64,000 nt of DNA, from NCBI GenBank assembly GCA_026396515.1, contig JAPLWQ010000003.1, forward strand, positions 99,569 through 163,568, written 5' to 3'. Below, piece after piece: positions 37,135-45,556 of the stretch. The translations under genes and the position numbers were made by a program. The DNA comes from Candidatus Magasanikiibacteriota bacterium (GTDB taxonomy: Bacteria > Patescibacteriota > Patescibacteriia > Magasanikbacterales > GWA2-37-8). Below the pieces are notes generated by a model, which worked only from the letters and a program-made list of their open reading frames with translations, searched no databases and was not told the DNA's origin. How positions within the stretch are numbered: position 1 is the first letter of the stretch; the number at the start of each line of letters is the position of its first letter.

Positions 37135-38523
37135 ATGTATTACAAAAAATCCGCCAAAAAGAAAACAAAGCAATACGCCAGCCGGCCGGTTAAAGAAGAC
37201 GCCAATCGTTTTGACCACCTGACAATCAACGACGAATGGCGCACCGTGCTCGACGCTCTGGAAAACAGTCCGGAAAATATTTTTGTCACCGGACGGGCCG
37301 GCACCGGCAAATCCACCCTGCTTGATTATTGGCGTGCTCAAACCAAACAAAACATTGTCGTGCTCGCGCCAACAGGCGTCGCCGCGCTCAATGTCCGCGG
37401 TCAAACCATTCATTCTTTTTTCGGTTTTCATCCGGGTATCACTCCGGCCGATGTCCGCCGCCACGGCACCAAAGAAGGCGCGGAAAATATGTATAAAAAA
37501 ATTGAGTCCATTGTGATTGACGAGGTCTCTATGGTGCGCGCCGACCTCTTGGACTGCGTGGATAAATTCATGCGCCTGAACGGCCGTGAACGCGGCCGGG
37601 CATTTGGCGGTGCGCGTCTCGTGGTATTCGGCGATATGTGTCAGCTCCCGCCGGTTATCACCAATGCCGAGCATGAGGCATTTTTTTCTCTTTACCGCAC
37701 GCCATATTTTTTCTCGGCCAATGTTTTGCGCGACCAGCAACTGGTCGGCCCATCCAATGATTTTTTGAAATTCGAACTCAACGAAGTTCACCGGCAGAAA
37801 GACGCCAATTTTATCCGTCTGTTAAATCGCGTGCGCGATAACGAAGCCACGGCCGAAGATTTGGCCGAACTCAACGAGCGTCACGATGAAAATTTTCAAA
37901 TGAGCGATGATGACTATCGCATTTATCTCACCGCCACCAATCAGGCGGCGGCGGAAATAAACGGGGCGCGCTTGAATCGCTTGTCCGGCAAACCGCAATC
38001 GTTCAAAGCCGATTCGTACGGCCATTTCGACGACCGCGCCTATCCCACCGACGAAGTATTACAACTTAAAGTCGGCGCGCAGGTGATGCTTATAAACAAC
38101 GACGCCACGAAACGCTGGGTCAATGGTTCAATCGGGCGCGTGGTTGATTTTAAAAAAAGTAACTATGGCTTGCCGGGTGTGAGCGTGAAATTGTCGGATG
38201 GGGAAGTGGTGGAAGTTGAACCGCACACCTGGAAGGCGCATCGCTATCATTTCAATGTCTCACAACAAAAAATCGAAGCCGAAGAAATTGGTGCCTTCAC
38301 TCAGCTGCCTCTCAAACTCGCCTGGGCGGTGACGATCCACAAAGCGCAAGGCAAAACCTTTGATCGCGTGGTGCTCGACATCGGGCGCGGGATGTTCGCC
38401 TCCGGCCAATTGTATGTCGCTCTGTCGCGCTGTACTTCACTCGAAGGAATTGTCCTCATCCAACCGCTTATGCCCCGGCACATCATCACCGATCCGGTCG
38501 TCTCCGAGTTTCTGCGCGGATAG
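37135..38523 (+). CDS. Pif1-family (SF1B) helicase
   Basis: TGRAGTGKS, LAPTGVAA, GQTIHSF, IDEVSMV, GDMCQLPP, QLPLKLAWAVTIHKAQG, GQLYVALSR; start ATG 37135. Confidence 0.92.
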   Translation: MYYKKSAKKKTKQYASRPVKEDANRFDHLTINDEWRTVLDALENSPENIFVTGRAGTGKSTLLDYWRAQTKQNIVVLAPTGVAALNVRGQTIHSFFGFHPGITPADVRRHGTKEGAENMYKKIESIVIDEVSMVRADLLDCVDKFMRLNGRERGRAFGGARLVVFGDMCQLPPVITNAEHEAFFSLYRTPYFFSANVLRDQQLVGPSNDFLKFELNEVHRQKDANFIRLLNRVRDNEATAEDLAELNERHDENFQMSDDDYRIYLTATNQAAAEINGARLNRLSGKPQSFKADSYGHFDDRAYPTDEVLQLKVGAQVMLINNDATKRWVNGSIGRVVDFKKSNYGLPGVSVKLSDGEVVEVEPHTWKAHRYHFNVSQQKIEAEEIGAFTQLPLKLAWAVTIHKAQGKTFDRVVLDIGRGMFASGQLYVALSRCTSLEGIVLIQPLMPRHIITDPVVSEFLRG

Positions 38524-38537
38524 ATTATCATTTTCCT

Positions 38538-38572
38538 CCCTCTCCTTACCAAGGAGAGGGCTGGGGTGAGGT
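38538..38572. repeat. BoxC/REP-like palindromic repeat (fifth copy)
   Basis: CCCTCTCCTT-ACC-AAGGAGAGGG-CTGGGGTGAGGT. Confidence 0.8.
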
Positions 38573-38585
38573 CACACACAAAAAC

Positions 38586-38614
38586 AAAAACCCCGCCTTT
38601 CGGCGGGGTTTTTT
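38586..38614. terminator. Bidirectional terminator
   Basis: AAAAACCCCGCC-TTTC-GGCGGGGTTTTTT. Confidence 0.85.
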
Positions 38615-38626
38615 AAAAACAGATTG

Positions 38627-38830
38627 TTAGGCGCGAGCTACATTGATAGCGCGCGGGCCCTTGTCCGATTCCTCGGTTTCAAAGGTCACGGCATCGCCTT
38701 CGCGTAATTCGTCGAAGGTAACGCCCTGGAGGGATGTAGAGTGGAAGAATAAATCCTTCCCGGCAGTACCCCCTTCAGGAGCGATAAAGCCGAAACCCTT
38801 ATCTGTCAATCTTTGAATTTTTCCGTTCAT
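38627..38830 (-). CDS. cspA: Cold-shock protein
   Basis: KGFGFI (RNP1), LFFH (RNP2), KGPRA.NV. Confidence 0.93.
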   Translation of the reverse strand: MNGKIQRLTDKGFGFIAPEGGTAGKDLFFHSTSLQGVTFDELREGDAVTFETEESDKGPRAINVARA

Positions 38831-38916
38831 AGATAGAAAATAGTGAATAAATCTGCAAAGTGGCCTCTGCAGAAATTCGACTAGTTTCTACGTGGAGACA
38901 TACTTTTTAGATATAT

Positions 38917-38945
38917 AGTATAGCATAAAATAGAGGTTTTGTCAA
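38917..38945 (-). promoter_or_regulatory. Near-consensus sigma70 promoter of the csp gene
   Basis: TTGACA-17-TATACT with TGn extension; about 80-nt leader. Confidence 0.7.
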
Positions 38946-39027
38946 TAGCCTGTTGATAAAATAAGAAAAACCCCCAGCACTTGTCGCAAAAGTGGTGGGG
39001 GCGGGGTTGGCAAAGAGCGGTTTCGGG

Positions 39028-39237
39028 TCAGAACTCCACGACTGTGCCCGGCGAACCGTGAGCCAGGAAAACGGGGTTGGAACAGTCCACATGGCACTCC
39101 TTGAGGAAATTGGCGTGCATCTGCCGGACCATCTCCTTCATCTCTTCCTGGTTCTTCGCGTGAACGATGCCGGTTGCTGCGCATTTTTGGCAGGAAAAGA
39201 AATACTTTTTCTGGCCTGCGTCTTTCTCTATTCCCAT
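39028..39237 (-). CDS. Small Cys/His-rich putative metal-binding protein
   Basis: FSCQKC...NQEEM...H; 3 nt downstream of the upstream membrane gene, with GGAG RBS. Confidence 0.55.
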   Translation of the reverse strand: MGIEKDAGQKKYFFSCQKCAATGIVHAKNQEEMKEMVRQMHANFLKECHVDCSNPVFLAHGSPGTVVEF

Positions 39238-39240
39238 TTC

Positions 39241-39708
39241 TCACTCCTTCAGAGTCTGCTGCTCCGGATTCTCGTTCTCCAGATGCAGAAATTTGCACTC
39301 GAGGTGCAGATACAGGAAAGACACGATGACGGTCGCGAAAAGGGCGATGACGCTCGCCCTGACGCCGTAACCGGCCGAAATCGCGAGGTTCCCGCTGACC
39401 AGGCCGGCTCCGATCACCGTGAAGCATATCAGGCCGGACAAGATGCCGGCTTTGGCGCCTCTCGGGAATTTTCCCGCCGCGGACCTGAAAGCGGAATAGA
39501 ATCCCCGGTAGATGCCGACGATGACCCCCATGCTAACCGACGCCACGATGCAGGATGTGCCCCGCGGCACGGTATCCCTGGAAATGTAGTAGAAGATGGT
39601 TCCGATCGCAAGCAGGATAAAAGTGAACCACAAGGCCTTGAACAGCTCGTCGCTGACCAGTCTTGTCCAGCTGGCTTGTCCGGCAATACCTTTCGATTTT
39701 TCGCCCAT
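39241..39708 (-). CDS. Four-TM hypothetical membrane protein
   Basis: GAGGAGG RBS before ATG 39708; four hydrophobic segments. Confidence 0.65.
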   Translation of the reverse strand: MGEKSKGIAGQASWTRLVSDELFKALWFTFILLAIGTIFYYISRDTVPRGTSCIVASVSMGVIVGIYRGFYSAFRSAAGKFPRGAKAGILSGLICFTVIGAGLVSGNLAISAGYGVRASVIALFATVIVSFLYLHLECKFLHLENENPEQQTLKE

Positions 39709-39854
39709 GTTTGCCTCCTCAGTTGTTTGTTGAAAGGAACATTCTCTAACCGTGAACGTTAGCAATTCAGAGCGGAAAAGTCAAGGTTACGCGCCTGTTT
39801 TTCTTTTGACTTGGCGGGCCCGTAGGAGTAAAATATATACAATGTTATAGCGTT

Positions 39855-40775
39855 ATGGAAAGAGAATTCGTCCCATTAAGCCGCCTGAAACCGCGCGAAA
39901 AAATGAAAAGCCGGGAAAATCCCACTGAAAAGCTTACCGTCATGATGCGCCAAATTTCCGAGCGGGTGAACAAGGAAGCACTGGCAAAATATGGTTTGCG
40001 TGATTTTTTGCACTCCGACGGCTCGCTCAATATGGCGGGCTATGCCAATGAACTCTATTCAACTGAAGACATTGAGAGCGATAAGAACCGCGTCCGCGAT
40101 ATGGAGATAGAATTCAGCCGGGCCAAGATATCGCAGGTGCAGGCGTTCTACCGCGAGAAATACGGCGCCAAAACCCAGGAAGAAATAGTGGGACACTGGC
40201 GCAAAGAAAAAATCCAGAACAAAAACGGACAAATGGAAATGGCTGTCACCGGTTTGCTTCATAAAATTCTGAAAGACGATTTTTTGGTGGTGCGCGCTTC
40301 GGCCTATGATGATTACAAAAACGGCGTGGACAATATTATTTTAAACAAACGCACCGGCGAAGCCATCTGCGCCTTTGACGAAGTGCACGAAGGCGGGGCG
40401 GGCGAGCGCACCGGCGAGAAGATGGAGAAGATAAAAAAGGTGGCGAGCCGCGGCGGGGCGAGAGTGCGTTATGGCATTAAATTGGAGGAGGGGAAACTCA
40501 AGCGCGCGGAGATGGCGACCCTGCCCGTGTTTTATCTGGGTTTAAAAAGCGCCGAGCTCGAGAACCTGCTCGCCAAAATGGATTTTAATCCGGACAGCGC
40601 CGTTACGCCGGCGGAGTATGATGTGTTTGCTAAACTGACGGCTTCGCTTAAAGAACAAAAACAGATTTTGGACGGGACCGATGTTCCGCCTGCGGTTCGC
40701 AACAAACTGGAGACGTTTGAGAGTTTGTTGGAGGAGTTTGAAGAAAGAGGAGTTGAAATGAGAGAGGCGGCGTAG
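39855..40775 (+). CDS. Hypothetical protein, possible PD-(D/E)xK-like fold
   Basis: 306 aa; 'G..E.....LL...VVRASAYDDYKNGVDNII...AFDEV' pattern. Confidence 0.55.
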   Translation: MEREFVPLSRLKPREKMKSRENPTEKLTVMMRQISERVNKEALAKYGLRDFLHSDGSLNMAGYANELYSTEDIESDKNRVRDMEIEFSRAKISQVQAFYREKYGAKTQEEIVGHWRKEKIQNKNGQMEMAVTGLLHKILKDDFLVVRASAYDDYKNGVDNIILNKRTGEAICAFDEVHEGGAGERTGEKMEKIKKVASRGGARVRYGIKLEEGKLKRAEMATLPVFYLGLKSAELENLLAKMDFNPDSAVTPAEYDVFAKLTASLKEQKQILDGTDVPPAVRNKLETFESLLEEFEERGVEMREAA

Positions 40776-40860
40776 ATGGAAATAAAGTATTTCGGTTTTA
40801 TGGGGGAAGTGGTAAACTATTATAGTTGTTACAATTATGCCGAGAAAGGCAGGGTCCAAA

Positions 40861-41670
40861 ATGGCTAAAGTTTTATCACATATTAAAGAAAAACCTTATT
40901 TCAATAAGGGTGATTTTGTTTTATATCATGGTGACTGCATAAACACCCTCGAGCAAATACCGGAAAATTCGGTTGATATGGTTTTTGCGGATCCACCCTA
41001 TCTTTTGTCGAATGGCGGTTTTACATGTGACGGCGGAAAAATGGTTAGCGTAAATAAAGGCAAGTGGGATGTGAGCAACGGTCTTAAACAGGACTTTGAA
41101 TTTCATTTATCATGGATCAATGCGTGCAAACGCGTTTTAAAACCCGGGGGCACTATTTGGATCAGTGGAACATATCATTCAATATACCAATGCGGCTTCG
41201 CGCTTCAAGTGGAAAAGTTTCATATATTAAACGATATTGCATGGTTCAAACCGAATGCTTCGCCGAACTTGAGTTGCCGTTTTTTTACTGCCAGCCATGA
41301 AACATTAATTTGGGCGAGGAAAGACAAAAAAGCAAAGCACATGTTTAATTATAAATTGATGAAAAACGGTGATTGGCCGGATGATTTTATTAAAAAGCCA
41401 AACTTACAAATGCGAAGCGTGTGGTCCATTTATCCACCAAAAAGAGACGAGAAGAAATTTGGAAAACATCCAACTCAGAAACCGATTGATTTGCTTGTTC
41501 GGATTGTTTTGGCTAGTACAGATAAGGGTGACGTGGTTTTGGACCCGTTTTCTGGGTCCGCCACAACTGGATTGGCCGCGATATTAAATAATCGTAAATT
41601 TATTGGTGTTGATTTAGATAGAAAGTATTTGGATTTATCGATAAAGCGTTTCAGAAATTTAAATGCATAG
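40861..41670 (+). CDS. Beta-class N6-adenine DNA methyltransferase, DpnA (M2.DpnII)-like
   Basis: VDMVFADPPYLLSNGG..VSVNKGKWD, HPTQKP, VLDPFSGSATT. Confidence 0.88.
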   Translation: MAKVLSHIKEKPYFNKGDFVLYHGDCINTLEQIPENSVDMVFADPPYLLSNGGFTCDGGKMVSVNKGKWDVSNGLKQDFEFHLSWINACKRVLKPGGTIWISGTYHSIYQCGFALQVEKFHILNDIAWFKPNASPNLSCRFFTASHETLIWARKDKKAKHMFNYKLMKNGDWPDDFIKKPNLQMRSVWSIYPPKRDEKKFGKHPTQKPIDLLVRIVLASTDKGDVVLDPFSGSATTGLAAILNNRKFIGVDLDRKYLDLSIKRFRNLNA

Positions 41671-41672
41671 CT

Positions 41673-42221
41673 ATGCCAGTAAAGAAACCGGCTCGTAAAA
41701 ATATCTACACACATACGATAGATTTGGCACCTCTTAATATTATTAATCATCCACGCGAGCAATTTCGTGAAATGTTGGAAAGAATGAAATATCGCGGTTA
41801 TGAAGTCGAAAGATTGGCCGACGGTAGAAAAATTATTGTTACCAAGCCGGGAGGAAAATTTGTTTTCGGCACAGTGAAGCGTGAAGATTTTATGGTATGG
41901 ATTTTTAATCCGCAAACTAATGAATTATGGTTGATATCACACAAGAATATTTTTGAAGACCTCGAAAATAAAGCCAATGTTGATAAACGGGCGACTTTAC
42001 AAATTATTGCTGCGCTTGAGCGCGTTTATTCTGGCGATGAGCCCGATGTCGTTCTCGCCGAAATGGATTTGTCTAATCCTACAGGCGAGGCACCGGAATT
42101 ATTGTTAAAAGCATATAAATGGATTTGGGGCCAAGAAGATTGCAATTATCCAACGGGTGAAGGTAGGGATATGTCAATGAATATTATCAGAGAATTAAAG
42201 ACGCGTATTATTGTTGAATAA
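41673..42221 (+). CDS. Hypothetical protein coupled to the MTase (candidate restriction component)
   Basis: Starts 2 nt after the MTase stop; motifs KPGGK, DF.VW, SH, KWIWGQEDCNYP..GR. Confidence 0.65.
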   Translation: MPVKKPARKNIYTHTIDLAPLNIINHPREQFREMLERMKYRGYEVERLADGRKIIVTKPGGKFVFGTVKREDFMVWIFNPQTNELWLISHKNIFEDLENKANVDKRATLQIIAALERVYSGDEPDVVLAEMDLSNPTGEAPELLLKAYKWIWGQEDCNYPTGEGRDMSMNIIRELKTRIIVE

Positions 42222-42268
42222 TTTTTCTGGTAAAATGATAAAATATAGACGCTAAATTTAGCTAAAAT

Positions 42269-45200
42269 ATGCCTTTGGATAATCGAATCATCGATAATCA
42301 GAATAGCAACAATTTATACCGCGCGATATCAGAAGCCATTGGAGATGACACCCAAGGCATAGATATTGAAGTTGGATATTTTTATCTTTGCGGATTTGAA
42401 CTTTTATCAAAAAAACTTGATAAAATTAAAGTGCGAATCCTGGTTGGTTCTTATATTGATCCAGAAGCCATACCGACTTTAATAATGGAATCGATGAAAA
42501 AAACATCGGTAAATTTAGATCCGTTCCAACCCAGAAGTGTTCCGACTTCAAAACAGGAAAGAGTCAGAGCTCTTGGAGAAGGTATCAAGAAACTTGCAAA
42601 CCAAACATCAATATTTGACGCACCGGAATCTCAGGAATCATACTCAATTCTCGAAAGAAAACTCGAAGATGGTTCCCTTGAGATTAAAATGACCGAAACG
42701 CAAGCGCATGGAAAATGTTATGTAATCCATAATAAAAATGCCGGCAAAGTCTTTATGGGGTCGAGTAATTTTACTTATAATGGCCTAGTTGGACAGCAGG
42801 AAATAAACGAAACATTTGATACGGAAGAAAAATATAAGGAATATTCGAATAAATTTTCCGAGCGATGGGCCGATGCGCGCAATATCGTCATTCAAGAAAA
42901 AGGTAAATCAGACATGTTTTTGAGAAAATTTAAAGATGAACTTTGGATGAATGTGGTGCCGACTCCGTATCTTATGTATGTCCGGCTCCTTAATGAGATA
43001 TTTGGCGCTGAATACGAAGTTGATGTAACTAGCGCATCACAGGCTACACGAGGACAGTATTTGAACCTTTCATATCAGATGGATGCAGTAAAGATGGCAA
43101 TTGAAAGACTGAAAAATTATGATGGCGCTATCATAGCGGATGTTGTCGGTCTCGGGAAAAGTATTATAGCCACTACTATTGCTGTAAATTGTCCTGATTT
43201 AAAAACGATAATTATTGCCCCTCCGCATCTTGTTCCGATGTGGGAAGATTATGCCGAAGAGTTTAAACTTCGAGGGCCAAAGGTTTTTAGTGCTGGTAAA
43301 ATTGATGAGGTTTATGATAAATATAAAAATTCTACGGAGCCTATATTATTTATTCTCGATGAAGCGCATAGGTATAGAAATGAAGACACGCAAGACTATC
43401 AGTTGCTCCATCAGTTGACCCGCAGTAACGGTGAAAATAAGGTTTTAATACTATCAGCGACGCCCTTTAATAATGACCCGAGCGATATTTTTGCTTTGAT
43501 TAAACTTTTTCAAACTCCTGGCGCCGCCACACTTCGAACCGTAGAAAATTTATCAGCGAAGTTTGCAGATCTTGCGAATAGATATAAAACGCTTCGAAGA
43601 TTTCAAGCAAACGGTGCCATAACCACGGAACAGCGCAAAGAATTAGATAATAAACGCGATGCCATCGCCTCTGAGCTTCGACGATTACTTGAGCCTATTA
43701 TAATTAGACGTTCGAGGATAGACCTTGAAAAAATTACTCGTTACCGAGATGATTTGAAGGCTCAGAAAATTGAATTTTCAAAGATGAATGACCCAATTAT
43801 TCGGGAGTATAAATTAGGTAATTTCACTGACCTATATTTAGAAACCATAAACAAAATTGTGCCGGAAAAGAAAATTGTCGGCGGTTTAACCGGCGCACGA
43901 TACATGCCTACGACCTATGCTTTAGATATTGTAGATTTTACTAAAAAGTATCCGGATTTTGAAGATATTAGAACGGCTCAAATGAACGTAGCTTCCTTTA
44001 TGAGAAAACTTTTGGTAATGCGTTTTGAAAGTTCAAGAGCCGCATTCCAAAGTACTCTTCAAAAATTTATCGATTCACATCAAAGAATTCTCGATTGGGT
44101 AGAAAAAAAACAATTAGTACCAATTTCCAAGAAAGCCTATATTCCATCACCGGATGAGATGCCGGAAGAAGATGCGGAGGAAATTAATTCGGAAGAACAT
44201 GCAGAATTCGCAAACACTGAAGTCGCAAATAATAAAAAGATTGTTTTTGTTAAACTTGAGGATCTCAATGAAAAATTTGTACCTGAGCTTAAACATGATA
44301 TCAGCGTACTTACAGATATTTACGAAAAATGGTTTGGTTCGCAATCGCCGTTTTTATCGATGCCGGACCCCAAATTAAAACAACTCACTTTAGACATTCA
44401 AGAACGTCTAGCCAACGATCCGAATCGGAAAATTGTTATTTTTAGTATGTACGCAGATACAGTTGTTTATATAGGTGAAGAGCTCAAAAACGCTGGTATC
44501 CCAACCTTTGTATATACTGCTCAAAACAGCAATAGCGATCGCAAAATAATCAGAGAGAATTTTGACGCCGGAATCCCAACCGATAAACAGTCCGATGATT
44601 TCAGGGTTCTTGTTGCAACCGATGCTTTGAGCGAGGGTGTCAATCTGAATAGGGCAGGACGAGTTATTAATTATGATATTCCATATAATCCAACACGAGT
44701 CATACAGCGGGTAGGCCGGATAAACCGAATAGATAAAAAAATGTTTAAGGAGCTTTTTATTGATAACTATTTTCCTACCGAACATGGCGAGAAGGAAGTC
44801 AATATCAGGGGTGTGTCAACTTTAAAGATGCAGATATTTAATTCCGTGGTAGGTAATGATTCGCGCACCCTTACAGAAGATGAAACTCCGGAATCTTTTT
44901 TCATTGACGAATTTAGAAAGGCGACAACCGAAGAAGAGAGTTGGGATACTGTACACCGAGAAGCATACGAGCAAGCAAAACGAAATATACAAACAATGGA
45001 ATTAGCAAAAAAGATTCCGATGAGAGCGCGCATTGTGAGAACAAATAAGCCAGTTCAATTGGGGGTGGGGGTTGGTATTCGAGGGCAAAATAAAATATAT
45101 GCGCTCGAAACTAATGGACGGGCTGAGTTGGTTGATGCAGAAAAAGTATTAAATCATTTTGCTGCGAAACAGGACGAAGTTAGCGAGAAAGCCGATGACC

Positions 45201-45556
45201 AATTCGGGTTGGTTTTTGCCATATTGAAGGAAAAACTTTTTGAAAAGCCGCCCATGGGGCAAATGTCGAGAAACCGAACAGAGGTCGTGCGCATATTACG
45301 AAGTATTCGAGAAACTCAATATCAAAATTACCGCGATGATTTAATGAAAGTTGTCAGCGATCTTGACGACCTTTCAGAGGGGCAACTCAAAGCAATAATT
45401 AAGTTAGCAAAGAAGACTGATTTGTCTGAAGACCGATTAGTCGAAGCTATTATCGAAATAGCGCCGGAACAGCAGGTAAAGGTGAGCTTGGATAGACAAA
45501 ATAATGAAGCAAAATCGGCAAATCTTCTATTATTTACGCAAGAGCACCGCATATGA
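42269..45556 (+). CDS. PLD-nuclease + SNF2-type helicase fusion
   Basis: HGKCY...GSSNFT (PLD); ADVVGLGKS, DEAH, SATP, ATDALSEGVNL, QRVGRINR. Confidence 0.88.
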   Translation: MPLDNRIIDNQNSNNLYRAISEAIGDDTQGIDIEVGYFYLCGFELLSKKLDKIKVRILVGSYIDPEAIPTLIMESMKKTSVNLDPFQPRSVPTSKQERVRALGEGIKKLANQTSIFDAPESQESYSILERKLEDGSLEIKMTETQAHGKCYVIHNKNAGKVFMGSSNFTYNGLVGQQEINETFDTEEKYKEYSNKFSERWADARNIVIQEKGKSDMFLRKFKDELWMNVVPTPYLMYVRLLNEIFGAEYEVDVTSASQATRGQYLNLSYQMDAVKMAIERLKNYDGAIIADVVGLGKSIIATTIAVNCPDLKTIIIAPPHLVPMWEDYAEEFKLRGPKVFSAGKIDEVYDKYKNSTEPILFILDEAHRYRNEDTQDYQLLHQLTRSNGENKVLILSATPFNNDPSDIFALIKLFQTPGAATLRTVENLSAKFADLANRYKTLRRFQANGAITTEQRKELDNKRDAIASELRRLLEPIIIRRSRIDLEKITRYRDDLKAQKIEFSKMNDPIIREYKLGNFTDLYLETINKIVPEKKIVGGLTGARYMPTTYALDIVDFTKKYPDFEDIRTAQMNVASFMRKLLVMRFESSRAAFQSTLQKFIDSHQRILDWVEKKQLVPISKKAYIPSPDEMPEEDAEEINSEEHAEFANTEVANNKKIVFVKLEDLNEKFVPELKHDISVLTDIYEKWFGSQSPFLSMPDPKLKQLTLDIQERLANDPNRKIVIFSMYADTVVYIGEELKNAGIPTFVYTAQNSNSDRKIIRENFDAGIPTDKQSDDFRVLVATDALSEGVNLNRAGRVINYDIPYNPTRVIQRVGRINRIDKKMFKELFIDNYFPTEHGEKEVNIRGVSTLKMQIFNSVVGNDSRTLTEDETPESFFIDEFRKATTEEESWDTVHREAYEQAKRNIQTMELAKKIPMRARIVRTNKPVQLGVGVGIRGQNKIYALETNGRAELVDAEKVLNHFAAKQDEVSEKADDQFGLVFAILKEKLFEKPPMGQMSRNRTEVVRILRSIRETQYQNYRDDLMKVVSDLDDLSEGQLKAIIKLAKKTDLSEDRLVEAIIEIAPEQQVKVSLDRQNNEAKSANLLLFTQEHRI

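Noticed and set aside
38992-39762. 256-aa plus-strand ORF
   Set aside because: Antisense shadow of two minus-strand genes that have RBSs, tight spacing and plausible proteins.
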